Below, one piece after another: positions 25,950 through 38,734 of a stretch of DNA of 64,000 nt (position 1 is the stretch's first letter; every line of letters begins with the position of its first letter). The position numbers and the translations under genes are program-made. Below the pieces are notes generated by a model. It saw only the letters and a list, made by a program, of their open reading frames with translations, searched no databases and was not told the DNA's origin. The stretch lies in contig OZ024755.1 of NCBI GenBank assembly GCA_964016885.1, forward strand, positions 32,984,001 through 33,048,000. The letters run 5' to 3'. The stretch comes from Eledone cirrhosa. Taxonomy: Eukaryota.

Positions 25950-26340
25950 GCAAAACATACCCTTTTAAGAAAACCCACTGTACTAATAGGAAATGTGTTA
26001 TATGTAAAGTAAACCCCCAGATAAACTGTAAAACTAGAAACGTAGTCTATAGCATAAGATATGCAGAGGGTACTTGCAGAAACATGACAACAACATACAT
26101 AGGTGAGACAGCTCGAAGTATAGGAGAAAGGATAGACCAACAGTGGGGTGAATTAAAAGGACGAAAAAATGGTTCAGTACTATACGAACATGACAGACAA
26201 CACGACGGTAACATAGACAACATAGAAATTAAAATAATATAAACATAGAAATGACCCCAGCAGATAGGCAAATCAGAGAGGCTAGCGAAATAGAGCTTAG
26301 AAGGCCAAAGCTAAACAGAAAAAATGAATGGAATAACAAC
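25950..26340 (+). pseudogene. Penelope-like element GIY-YIG endonuclease fragment
   Basis: C..RKCVIC..NCKTRNVVYSI..YIGETARSIGER..LYEH, then after a frameshift RQIREASEIELRRPKLNRKNEW. Confidence 0.85.
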
Positions 26341-26603
26341 ACCCAAACAAACAATACTGACTTAAGAGAAATATAAATAAATAAATAAATAAATATATAC
26401 ACAAGCACAATAACAACAAACACACATAAACACACACTAGTAAACTAAGATAGAATACAATAACCAAAACACAGTCACCCAAACGCGAACACACACCAAA
26501 CACTATATACACACGCAAACGCATGCGCAGAGAAGACAAAAATAAATAAATAAACAGATAAAATAAAAATGACATAGACATACAATACAACAGGAGGAAC
26601 ATA

Positions 26604-26657
26604 ATAGTACCACTGATGATGTTGCAGATGTGCAACGAAAGAACTTTGTTAGACTAT
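26604..26657 (+). ncRNA. Degenerate hammerhead motif downstream of the GIY-YIG fragment (pLTR)
   Basis: CTGATGA-T-GTTGCA-GATG-TGCAAC-GAAA; stems I and III are imperfect. Confidence 0.55.
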
Positions 26658-26904
26658 ATATATGTGTTTATATCTATATCATATCTGTATTTTTGACCGT
26701 TGGTCAGTCAATGATAAACATTGAGGACCAAATAAATTAACTATGGAGATATAAAAGATACAGAAGCGAAAACCAACCAAACAGTGAGTGTGTTCTGTTA
26801 TTATTTCTCACAATATTATTACAACAATATGACCCTCCCCAAGTATAACAATATTTGTTTCGACACACGATTTCATATCAAAATCCTCGAAAAACAAATT
26901 CATC

Positions 26905-27080
26905 GCCGTGGATTGGCAGTATCAGTAGAGGCTCGGACGCCATGCTTTGTCGCATAGAGTTACGTCCCTTTACGATCTGAGTTCAAATTGCGCCGAGGTT
27001 AACTTACGGGGTCGATAAAATAAAGTACCAGTAATGTACTGAGTAATTGCTGGCCTTGTGCCAAAAGTAGAAACAGTTAT
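26905..27080 (+). mobile_element. SINE family B
   Basis: Consensus match with an internal deletion. Confidence 0.75.
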
Positions 27081-27164
27081 ATATATATATACACATATAT
27101 GGTATATATATGTATAAAATGTATGTATATATATCAATAATATATGTAATACATAATATAATAC

Positions 27165-27232
<68 letters not shown>

Positions 27233-27529
27233 GTTCAAGAGTAAACCAATCTTAAATAGAGAGATAGAGATAGGAGAGGAGAGATTGGTGAAGGTATTAT
27301 CTCATCTGAAGTTCTGAAGATCTGCTTCATAATATAATTTAAGTTACTTATCTTTCTCTGAACCAGATCAATAACGATCTCATAATCAATTGATCCAGAA
27401 ACATTATATGGAGTAGTGAAACAATTGTAAACTGACATTATTATTCCTTACATTAAACTGCAATTAATGTTGACACTCTTTAATTAACGTCTTCTATGTG
27501 AGTTTTGTGGTCTTGATTTGCTTAAATAA

Positions 27530-27559
<30 letters not shown>

Positions 27560-27561
<2 letters not shown>

Positions 27562-27982
27562 ACGAAGGAAATGTGGTAAGGAACCAGATGGACCATAACG
27601 CACCAAAGTACTCAATACTTAGGGTAGTAGAGTGGGTAATAGGAACGAGTAGGACCCCGACGGCTGAGCTCAAGTCGTTTCGATGGCTAATTCAGTCCAG
27701 AATTAGCCGTCGAAACGGCTTGAGCTCAAGCTCAGCCGTCGGGGTCCTACTCGTTCCTATATATATATATATATATATATATAGGAAAAAGTATGACCCT
27801 GACGGCAGAGCTCAAGCCGTTTCGACGGCTATTTCTGGACTGAAATAGCCAGAAATAGCCGTCGAAACGGCTTGAGCTCTGCTGTCGGGGTCATACTTTT
27901 TCCTATTTCCCACTCTACTACCCTAAGTATTGAGTACTCTGGTGCATTATGGTCCATTTGGTTCCTTACCACAATTCCTTTG

Positions 27983-27985
<3 letters not shown>
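27560..27985. mobile_element. Two oppositely oriented family D fold-back elements separated by (TA)n
   Basis: 27560-27760 and 27782-27985 each have an internal palindrome and an outward-pointing tail. Confidence 0.7.
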
Positions 27986-28019
<34 letters not shown>

Positions 28020-28134
28020 CAAGACAACCAATCTTGCCTCACGTGGGACAATTCCCGTCTAAACCCATGCTAGCGTGGAAGATAGACGTTAGATGATGAT
28101 GATGATATCCCTCTCTTTCTATATATATATGTGT

Positions 28135-28184
<50 letters not shown>

Positions 28185-28659
28185 ACATTCTGTTAAGATA
28201 CTCATTTCCTTAATTTGTGAGTAGAGGGATTATCTGGAGGGCAAACGAATTTGATGGGATTTAAAATAATATTGTGAAAAGAATCATTGCTGTGCTTAGT
28301 TTTGTTGTTTTCCCCTTGTCATAGTAATGGATAATATAAATAAGGCATTTAATAGACTCATGCTTGACTTGATAGGGTGAAGAGTGATAAGACTAATAGC
28401 TCGGAAAACTAGTTGTTTCTACAATAATTACATGTTTGTTTATTGTATTTTATTGTTTATACCACATTTTCTGAACAATAACATTGTTGGCTGCAAATTT
28501 CTAACGAGCCAATCTCAGATTTGCTGTGTTTGCAATGTTGAGAGTAACGAGGAGTGCATCCATGTATCTCGGATGGAACAACTGTTAAGAGATACTTTTG
28601 TGAATACGCACCGGTTGGTTGGATTTCGTCTTGATGTTTACATATTTTGCGATAAATAG

Positions 28660-29350
28660 CAGGGAATCATACATAAATAACTTTCATATACGCAAAGATA
28701 AAACTACAAGCCAGTCTAGCAACATCTCTATCAATAGCCTGACTCTTTCACCTGTATCTGACGAAGAATGTTCCAGATACTTCTCGATTGATGACGCAAT
28801 TTGTTACAAGGAACAGGTAACCAGAGAAGGTAACAGCCGGATAAAAACATGATCTTCGGAACTCTCTATGTACAATAAATCAGTTGCTCACATTGTGAAC
28901 TACTTAACTGAAATCCGAAGCATTGATGTGAAATCCGGAAATTTCTAACTAACACCTAAAATGTCCACATTCACCGACTCTACCTCAAACGTAAACAGGG
29001 AGGGCAGAGGCTCAACACCAGTCCAAACAGCGTTCGAATGTTGCATCATATGCCCCCAATAATAGTTTCTACTTTTTGGCACAAGGCCAGCAATTGTCCC
29101 AGTGCATTACTGGTACTGTATTTTATCGACCCCGTAAGGATGAAAGGCAAAGTTAACCTCGGCGGTACTTGAACTCAGACCATAAAGGCATCCAATCCTC
29201 TACCGATACTTAACCCCATACCTAGAAGTTTATCCATAGAATGCTTCTGTTGACATGAGGTAGAATAACATCATGAGACTTGGGAAGGAGCTTCTTGAGA
29301 AATACTCCCTGACTGATGAGCGCACACTCACACCCAAGGAAATTGCACAG
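28660..29350 (+). mobile_element. Degenerate R4/Dong-like fragment interrupted by SINE B (29060-29205)
   Basis: Nucleotide homology to the reverse complement of 2890-3385. Confidence 0.6.
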
Positions 29351-29356
29351 TTTTCT

Positions 29357-29570
29357 AAGTCTAAAGTCTGTCTGAAGCCCGGAGGCTCATCAGCTCAGTG
29401 CTTATCCCGGTTTCCATGATGTTAAGTGAGACAGAGTACAATACTCATCTGTTGGACAGGACACCAGTCCATCGCAGGGTTAAACTCCCAGCTATTGCTG
29501 GTACTCATTTTCGGTTGAATATACTGGAGCAACACGAAATGAAGTGTTTTGCTCAAGAACACAACATCGC
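29357..29570 (-). mobile_element. SINE family C
   Basis: Homologous to 4920-5115. Confidence 0.7.
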
Positions 29571-29874
29571 AACAAATTAACAGATGAAAAGTGGTATGCT
29601 TAGCAACAGAATGCCACCCATGGCTATGTTGCCATAGAACGTTAAATTGAGAATAGTATAGATAACCAAAGTAAACTTGGATCAATAACCAATATATTAA
29701 CTCACATAGTGAAGGATATGATGATTTGTAATCCAGTACAAGGGATGACAACGATATACCAGATGCACACAAGAGACAGAGATTCAGGCAAAACGATGTG
29801 ACAACAGATGTAGACTTTATAGAATAAATAGAGGATAACACCACATCATAAACAGATGTTCGATGTTGTAACGG

Positions 29875-30217
29875 TAATGGTTTCTTATATAGGCACAAAG
29901 CCAGTAATTTCGGGGGAGGGGAAAGTCGATTAAATCGACCTCCAGTGCACCACTGGTACTTTATTTTATCGACCTCGTAAGGATGAAAAGCAAAGTTAAC
30001 CTCGCCGGGATTTGAACTCAGATCATAAAGGGCCATAACTATGCTGCATAGCATGGCGTCTGACCCTCGACCGATACTGCCAATCCACTGTCGTGGCAAA
30101 TAAAGAAATATATATAATAATTGTTTCTACTTTAGGCACAAGGCCAGCAATTACCCAGTGCATTACTGGTACTTTATTTTATCGACCCCGTAAGGATGAA
30201 AGGCAAAGTCAACCTCG
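29875..30217 (-). mobile_element. Two SINE family B copies (second one truncated)
   Basis: Consensus matches. Confidence 0.75.
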
Positions 30218-31052
30218 AATAATAATACAATATAGACTATGTATAAATAAAAAATATATTTTTTTACGTCGTAAAGACAATATCTACCTATAAGGTATGA
30301 TGTATACAATGCAATCAGTATAAAGGATAGTCCTATTATAGTACTATGTGTAATACAATATAATATAATATAATATACTTGTAACAAAATTAAAATTAAA
30401 AGGCACAATATACATATGTATATATGTACGCACACGTACACACATATACATATACATCAATACACATTTCCATCATTAACAGCACAAATTAAACCTTATT
30501 AAGAGTTTAAATATAAATAAGCATAATAGGAATAAAAATAAAAATAAAAATAATACGTATATCTAATATACAGTATAACATGAAGTAATGAAATGATTAA
30601 AAGTAACACATATAATATATAATAAACTATATAATTATATAATATATAATATAATATAATAGATAATCTCCGGTTAATTTACACAAACAATATAGATGTC
30701 ACAATAATACTATAATAATAATATAATAATATATAAAATATAATGGCATGTAAGTTAACAAATCAATTCATATAGAGTTACAGAGTAGGTGAGAAAAAAA
30801 TATAAATTGTACAATACCCAAAATTATGATGGTACAAAAATATAAACATCTTACATGATATATAAAATTTAACATATCATAATGGTACATAAAATCATCG
30901 GTAAGTAATAAGGATCAATAGTACATTTACAAAGAGTTGAATAACAACTTCAATATAAAATAATGAACATAATATAATATATAATTACTTATAATTACAA
31001 GGTTGGTAAACAGACACATATGTGAATGAGTGAATAAGGGCCAGACAGAAAA

Positions 31053-31120
<68 letters not shown>

Positions 31121-31554
31121 AGTATATATCCAGATTAGAGCAAACATCACGGGCGCTCTAACTCAAAATTATTTTTGAAAAGCATTAGAAATGCGCAACC
31201 GGTAAAACTTAAAACCAAAACTGAATACTAACCAATACTATTACTAATTTTTACTTATTCCTAATTAAACTATTTTTCACTGGGAACAATTTGTCAGCAT
31301 TTTCTTTTCCTTTTACCAATATACATATATATCATCATCATCATCAACGTTTAACGTCCGTGTTCCACGCTTGCATGGGTTTGAACGGGGGTATTCCCAC
31401 TTGAGGCAAGAGTGATTGTCTTGCTCGCATAGGACTGTCTGGCATATATATATATATATCCTTATTCTACAATATATATATATATAACAAATAGTTTTAT
31501 TGCTCTACATGTCTGAATACAAGAAATGTTAAATCTTAGTTTTTCGAATATTAA

Positions 31555-31668
31555 TAATTGTTTCTACGTTAGGCACAAGGCCAGCAATTACCCAGTGTAT
31601 TACTGGTACTTTATTTTATCGACCCCGTAAGGATGAAAGGCAAAGTTAACCTCGGCGGAATTTGAACT
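31555..31668 (-). mobile_element. 5'-truncated SINE B with TSD
   Basis: Flanked by TTTTCGAATATTAATAAT direct repeats. Confidence 0.8.
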
Positions 31669-32629
31669 TTTCGAATATTAATAATAATATTTGATTCATT
31701 TGCAATTATGCAAACAGCCTCTTAAGCCATATCAGTAGAATGACCCCCGTCATTCTTGCTCTTGTGTTGGCATATAAACAGAAATACCTGAACTCTGAGC
31801 ACAGAGATACAAGGAACACTGTAAAACATTATTTCTGATAAACTAACGACTGACAATTCGACGTCTCATAAGACGAATAAAATTACCATCAACATTGATG
31901 GTGCAGGGTGCAGTACACCAGTTCAAGTGGTTAGAGAGTTGAATTTGCAATCGTGAGGTTGTGAGTTCAATTCTCGGTCCGGGTGATGCATTGTGTCCTT
32001 GAGCAAGACACTTTATTTCACATTGCTCCTTCTACCAGGAGATGTAACCGGTAGATTGTATTAGCAATGAAAAGACCAATGGAAAGGAAACATTGTTTCC
32101 GAGCACCCCACTCGGCAAGGTATTGATGTCTGGGATCTTGTCGAATGATCAGAGCGACACCAATTAAACTAATAAGAACAATATCACACGATTGAAAAGA
32201 ACACACTAATTATAATTAGATACTAATATTACTGGTATTATTAAATCATATATTATTTAAGGTAATTATTATTGTAATATCTGCAACTAAATGTTATAAA
32301 TCTCATTCAATTATAAAGATTTAGACCAGTGATAACTGTTCATTATCTGATCTTATAGAAATCTAGTTAATAATTATCCATTTACCTATTTGATGTAAGA
32401 TACATCAACATATAATGTTCTTGAAAGTCTTCATAGAATATAATTTATATATAAATTTGAGTGTCTTCCGTCCATCACACAATGTATGTTTGTGTGAATG
32501 TATGTGGGTAAAAGGAAGGAAGGGGATGGTGACAAAACTATAGCAAAACAGCAGATGGCGTTCCATTTGCTATGCCGTACGTGAGTGTATATGTATGTGT
32601 CTTTGTGTAGATGGATGTGTGTCATGGAT

Positions 32630-32853
32630 TTGATTCGTGAACTGGGCTGTGTTCTTCAGTCATTCACTTCATTTCACGTTGCTCCAGTATACTCAGCTGA
32701 AAATGAGTACCAGCAATAGCTGGGGGGCTTAACTCTGCAGTGGATTGGTGTCCTGTCTAAGAGGGAGTCTTGTACCCTCAGTTGCTTCACGCCATGAAAC
32801 CAGGATAAGCACTGGCCTGATGAGCCTTGTGGCTTAAGACAGACTTTAGACTA
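32630..32853 (+). mobile_element. SINE family C
   Basis: Homologous to the copies at 4920 and 29357. Confidence 0.7.
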
Positions 32854-33380
32854 ACTGAAGAGTCTTTCAGGCCTTTTGTTTGGCATGTTTCCTGTGGCTG
32901 AATGCCCTTCTAAATAAAAGCGTCCAACCCACATTGTAAAGTGGTCATGTAGGCATCATAATAAAAAACACCCAGTACTCTCTGTAAAGTGGTCATGTAG
33001 GTGACACAACAAAAAACACCCAGCCCTCACTGTAAAGTGGTCATGTAGGCATCCCGACAAAAAGCACCCAGTACTCACTGGAAATGAGGTTGGTGTTAGG
33101 ATGGGCATTCATCTGTAGAAACGAAGCCAAAAATCAGTTCTGTATAAGCAAGGCATCGTCACCTGACCAGATATTGCCCACAACAGGACAACTCGCGTAA
33201 CACATGCTAGCGTGGAACAATAGACGTAAAACGGTGATGCTGATGATGCTGAAAGACATCCAGCCTTAGAAAATACGTCCCCAAGATGGAACACATGAAC
33301 AAGATGTGGTTACATGACCAGTCTAGCTTCAGAATGTGATGATCCATCTAACTCATTCAAGCTTGGATAATAGATATTCA

Positions 33381-33803
33381 CCCTTTAGCATTTATACTGA
33401 CCATATCCGGCCAGAATTCTCTCACCTCTTTCTGTTCAAACCTGCTGTAACTGGCCACTCATACTGATGTCAACATAAATAATATCAAAATCTTATAGAT
33501 TCGATATTATGTGAGATAATTATGTAAGATGAAGCCTTTACTCTGAAAATACAATAGTATATATAGAGTAATGTAAATGTTATGTGAGATATTATGTGAG
33601 GTAAAGCCTTTACTGTGAAAATACAATAGTATATATAGAGTAATGTAAATGTTATGTGAGATATTATGTGAGGTAAAGCCTTTACTGTGAAAATACAATA
33701 GTATATATAGTGTAATGTAAATGTTATGAGAGATATTATGTGAGGTAAAGACTTTACTATGAAAATACAATAGTATATATAGAGTAATGTAAATGGTAAA
33801 GGG
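33381..33803 (+). mobile_element. piggyBac-like MITE (family P1) with about 4 copies of the 72-bp unit
   Basis: TIR CCCTTTAGCATTTA...TAAATGGTAAAGGG followed by TTAA. Confidence 0.75.
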
Positions 33804-34242
33804 TTAAACACTGATGATGATGTTTCTTGTGATGTTCATGCTAAATTTCAAATAAGTTAATTATCTGTTTACTTATTTGTGTCTAAACATTTATTTTTTT
33901 TATTAATATATTTTTTTATTATTATTTCTTTTTAATTATGTTAGCAGGAGGGAAATGTTTTCAAGGATGATGATGATGATGATGACAATGATGATGACGA
34001 CAATCATGATGATGATGACGATGATTATGATAATATGTTTCCGTTGCTCGGGATTTGCTCTAGTGTTCTTTATATATTTGATATATATTTATCCTTATCG
34101 AGCCTCGTGAAATAAATACGTTTGTTTATATTTTGTTAGTTATTGTGTATGCAAATATATCTGTACACGAATATATATATATATATATATTTAATATATA
34201 TATATATATAATATATATATATATATTAAAATAACAGATTAA

Positions 34243-34293
34243 AGTTTAAGCAAAAAATTGCTGCTTTCACCCTTAACGGGATCTTCTGAAATT
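34243..34293 (-). ncRNA. Hammerhead-like motif with a CAGAAGA core (second copy)
   Basis: Reverse-complement homologue of 19844-19894. Confidence 0.5.
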
Positions 34294-34346
34294 AAAACAA
34301 TCAATCTGTGAACGCAGATGTAAATATTTCGAAAAACGTTACACAC

Positions 34347-34380
<34 letters not shown>

Positions 34381-34494
34381 TAGTGGCATAATGTCGTAAT
34401 GCAGACAGCCAGACATACAGACAGATATTATAAGTGCGAAACGTTATATCTATGTACCTATCTAAAAAGAGAAAGACTAAGAATTATAGAGATA

Positions 34495-34673
34495 GATCGC
34501 TAAATCGCCCAATGCGGTCCCTAGGGCATTGAAAATTTGAAATACATTTTGCTCAAAACACTCACAGGACCATAAGTATTACATGTGTAAAGTTTGAAAA
34601 CAATCGGTTGGGTGGTTCTCGAGTTTTAGTGATCGGACAGACAGACAGACATTCTCTGTTTTAGATATATAGA
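34495..34673 (-). mobile_element. Non-autonomous Helitron-like 5' end
   Basis: TCTATATATCTAAAA start, then (GTCT)n and a CCGATTGTTTTCAAACTTTACAC motif typical of such elements. Confidence 0.5.
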
Positions 34674-34837
34674 TATATTTTCTAATATATGCTTATCTTT
34701 ATTTTTTCCACATTTTCTTCACATCATATGTAAGCTGGTCTTCTTACCTTGTGATTCTATATATAAGCCATGTTAAGAAATGTCTTATTTCCAACGAGAT
34801 CAAAAGATTGAAACTATAGATAGATAACACCACATTA

Positions 34838-35196
34838 GGGTCGGACGCTATGCTTTGGCGCATAGAGTTACGGCCTTTGCCATTCTGAGTTCAAATCCCG
34901 CCGAGGTTAACTTTGCCTTTCATCCTTACGGGGTCGATAAAATAAAGTACCAGTAATACACTGGGTAATTGCTGGCCTTGTGCCTAAAGTAGAAACAATT
35001 ATTTTTCTTATCGAATTGGCAGTATCGGTAGAGGGCCGGACGCCATGCTTTCCAGCATAGTTACGTCCCTTTACGGTCTGAGTTCAAATCCCGTCGAGGT
35101 TAACTTTGCCTTTCATCCTTATGGGGTCGATAAAATAAAGTACCAGTAATGTACTGGGGTAATTGCTGGCCTTGTGCCAAAAGTAGAAACAATTAT
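34838..35196 (+). mobile_element. Head-to-tail SINE B pair
   Basis: Consensus matches at 34838-35003 and 35013-35196. Confidence 0.8.
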
Positions 35197-35438
35197 TTAA
35201 CTCTCTATTAGGTCTGCAATGGATACTCTTCTACTTGCTTGTTTATTTGTACAGTTGTACAAAGTAATTTACCACATACACACACACATACATATATATA
35301 TTCACATGTGTGCATAATAGGAGGAGGCCCTGTGCTAGTCAAGTTATGAAGCCCCTTGTGCTCTGAAGGAGATAAACATTTTTTTTGTTTGTTTTGCAGG
35401 AAGATAGGCCCCACTGGCCAACGGGACCCTGTGCTTAA

Positions 35439-35658
35439 CCATCACCATTCACATTACTCTATATATACTATTGTATTTTCACAGTAAAGGTTTCACCTCA
35501 CATAATTATCTCACATAATATCGAATCTATGAGATTTTGATATTATTTATTATGAGAAGAATACCTTAACGTCAGTATGAGTGGCCGGTTACAGTTGGTT
35601 TGAATAGAAAGAGGTGAGAGAATTCTGCCCAGATATGGCCTGTTTAAATGCTAATGGG
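35439..35658 (-). mobile_element. piggyBac-like MITE P1
   Basis: TTAA on both sides; internal homology to 46374-46597. Confidence 0.7.
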
Positions 35659-35761
35659 TTAAGCACACCTAATCACAGTGCCCCTCAACCCTATATCCAG
35701 AGAGACTGCCTACATGCAAATTTTAAATAATATATAAATAAAATCGTTAATTTATATATAA

Positions 35762-35940
35762 CTAGCAGTGGTACCCGGCATTGCACGAGATAAGGTATTT
35801 TGGAATGTGGGCCGCCAACAGACCTAATTGTGGAAAAACTGCATGCCTGGACAATATGTAAAGAAAATAAACCGAATACTCTGATGGCTGGATAACCTTT
35901 AAGATTTTCACCAAATGCAGGCCATAACTGTGTAAAATTG

Positions 35941-35948
<8 letters not shown>
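35762..35948 (-). mobile_element. Short Helitron-like element
   Basis: Minus-strand 3' end C(T)CGTGCAATGCCGGG hairpin followed by CTAG, inserted before a T. Confidence 0.55.
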
Positions 35949-35977
<29 letters not shown>

Positions 35978-35981
<4 letters not shown>

Positions 35982-36132
35982 AAAGAGTCAGGACCCCGAC
36001 GGCTGAGCTCCGGCCATTTCGACAGCTAGATCCGAACTATTCCTGACTCTTTTCCTATTATCCACTCTACTACCCAAAGTATTGAGTACTCTGGTGCATT
36101 ATGGTCCACCTGGTATCTTATCACACCTTCTC

Positions 36133-36135
<3 letters not shown>
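35978..36135 (+). mobile_element. Family D fold-back element, internally deleted
   Basis: GACCCCGACGGCTGAGCTC arm plus GAGTACTCT tail, flanked by (TA)n. Confidence 0.6.
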
Positions 36136-36177
<42 letters not shown>

Positions 36178-36181
<4 letters not shown>

Positions 36182-36683
36182 GTATAAAAATCAATACAAT
36201 ATAATTACCTCATTACCAGAGGTTTCCCGAATGAGGCGAATACGAAATAAACGACTTCATTCGTTCGTCAGACGAGGCAATATAAAACATGGGTAAATAC
36301 TTAGAAAAACTCATCAAGAAAATCAAAAAAAGATATAGACAAATGAAATAGAAATTGAAATATATAAAAATCTATCAAGAAATATACACACACCGAACTA
36401 TATTTCTTGATAGATTTTTATATATTTCAATTTCTATTTCATTTGTCTATATCTTTTTTTGATTTTCTTGATGAGTTTTTCTAAGTATTTACCCATGTTT
36501 TATATTGCCTCGTCTGACGAACGAATGAAGTCGTTTATTTCGTATTCGCCTCATTCGGGAAACCTCTGGTAATGAGGTAATTATATTGTATTGATTTTTA
36601 TACATTAAATTTTGCTCTGATACTTACATAGAGCACTCTTCATTTCTATGACCTTTTCCGTTTCCAACGGAAATTTCAATACC
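36178..36683 (+). mobile_element. Fold-back element: ~209-bp perfect arms, 12-nt loop, ~75-bp 3' tail
   Basis: 36178-36386 is the reverse complement of 36399-36607; flanked by (TA)n. Confidence 0.9.
36504..36581 (+). ncRNA. Type I hammerhead ribozyme (mirror copy at 36204-36281 on the minus strand)
   Basis: ATTGCCTCGT-CTGACGA-A-CGAATGA..TCATTCG-G-GAAACC-TCT-GGTA-ATGAGGTAAT. Confidence 0.8.
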
Positions 36684-37121
36684 TATATATATATGTGTGT
36701 GGTTCCTTACCACAATTTCTTCGTTATATATGTGTGTGTGTGTGTGCGTGCGTGTGTGCGTGCGTGTGTGTAAAAAAATTAATTAATTTAACTTACAAAG
36801 ATATTCTTTAAGTGAGAACATTTTTTTAAATAAAAATATATTTAGTGTAAAATTCTGTGGGTGTAAAAATGTATTAAATTAGAAAGAAATGCATTGCTTT
36901 CGTGTAAGGGTATATTTATTTACAGTAGAAAGTTAATCATTTAAGGTAGAAATCTTGTTGCTCTGGTTTAGCTGCAGGCAGAACCAGTGTCTGGACTCTT
37001 AGAGCCCCAGGGTGGCTCTACAATATACACCCACTTCTATTAGTTTGGTAAGCTGATGAAACTAATTGTTAACACTGGCTGCTCTGATCATCATCATCAT
37101 TTTACCAAGTGCCAAGAAATC

Positions 37122-37610
37122 TCAGTAGAAGGAAGACGCAGTAGAGGAAGACCACAAAAAACATGGGCAGAGGTGGTGAGAGCAGACCTCAAATTGCTAA
37201 GCTCACAGAGATGACAAAGGACCATGACAAGTGGAGAGATGCTGTACTGAATAGAACCCATTCCACCCTTGCAAGCAGGGAAAAGCGGACATAAAATGAT
37301 GATGATGATGATGATATATATATATGTTTATAGAAATAGTGTATGTAGGTCTACATTATATAGCTGAACAGAATATGCTTCCATTTCAAAGCTGGCAGGG
37401 GGGTGTATTTTGAAAGTAATCCCAGTGGAAGGAAGACACAGTAGAGAAAGACCACGGAAAACATGGGCGGAGGTGGTAAGAGCTGACCACAGATCACTGA
37501 AGCTCACAGAGGAGATGACGAAGGACCATGAGAAATAGAGAGATGATGTGCTGAAGAGGGCCCGTTTCACCCTTGCAAGCAGGGAAAAGTGGATGTATGA
37601 TGATGATGAT
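37122..37610 (+). mobile_element. Two RTE-like 3' ends sharing the SINE A terminal tail
   Basis: RGRP.KTWAEVVRAD-coding, ending ACCCTTGCAAGCAGGGAAAAG..(GAT)n. Confidence 0.7.
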
Positions 37611-38152
37611 TTCACTGGCACTTCTAGTATATAGAATCTCCCTTTTTAACCTGACTGTAGAAATATATTTCTTCTGATTAATAATATAGTGATATAGTGC
37701 CCGAGGCTATGTCTATTCAGACCAAATCATGTCTGAAGCTATCACTTTATCTGCTAAGATTAAATTTTTCTCTAAGTATGTGAATTACATTTTTTGAAAT
37801 TACTTCTTAATTTCTTCAAATTATCTTCCTTTTTCTTTGAGAATCATCAACAACTACTGCTGAGTTTTTGTTTTCTTTCTCCAACTAAGAGGAACATTTC
37901 AATTAATTGACAATTATCTTGCATACATCATTCAGTACATCACCCTTCACCTGATTTTCAACAGTTCTAGTTTCATTTTAATCCACTTTCATTTTAATCC
38001 GTAGATTCGTCTCTCCTTCTGACTTAAACTTCTTACCAAGTCATCCCTGCTCTACATTACTACAGCTATCTTCAACTAGTAACTCAAAGCTTTACTCACA
38101 GTTGGAGTTATATGTGAATCAAGTGGGTACTGAAGAATCATTTGTATGTTAA

Positions 38153-38734
38153 CCCTTTTAACATTTACATTACTCCATATCTACTTTAGTATTTTCACAG
38201 TAAAGGCTTTACTTCACATAATTATCTCACATAATATCAAATCTATGACATTTTGATATTCATTTTGAGAACAATACCTTAACATCAGTATGAGTCGCAA
38301 GTTACAACTGGTTTGAACAAAAAGAGGTGTGAGCATTCTGGCCAGATATATGCTAAAGAGTTAATCACCTTAAATAGTTCCATCTTTTTAGATTGACTTG
38401 AAATCTTGACAAGTTTTACTATGATTTCTTCACTCTCTATAGTTGCTAAAGTAAGAGCTAGTCAACTGGTGGGATGGTGGTGGACTTAATTAAATTGCTA
38501 ACACCTCACACCTAAGAATCATTAGTACTACTTTTACTACTACTGCTTTTTAATTATGAGTCAAGCTAGGTATTTTACAGTTATATTTAACCCTTTAGCA
38601 TGTACATTATATTTTCGTGGTAAAGGCTTTACCTCACATAATATTGAATCTATGAGATTTTGATATTCATTTTGAGAACAACACCTTAACATCAGTATTT
38701 GTGGCAAGTTATGGCCGGTTTAAATGCTAAAAGG
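38153..38734 (-). mobile_element. Two piggyBac-like MITE P1 copies (38153-38360 and 38591-38734)
   Basis: TTAA-CCCTTT..TIRs plus internal homology. Confidence 0.7.

Noticed and set aside
32812-32853. CTGATGA-GCC..GGC hammerhead-like start
   Set aside because: No GAAA or stem III follows; it is the ordinary tail of SINE family C
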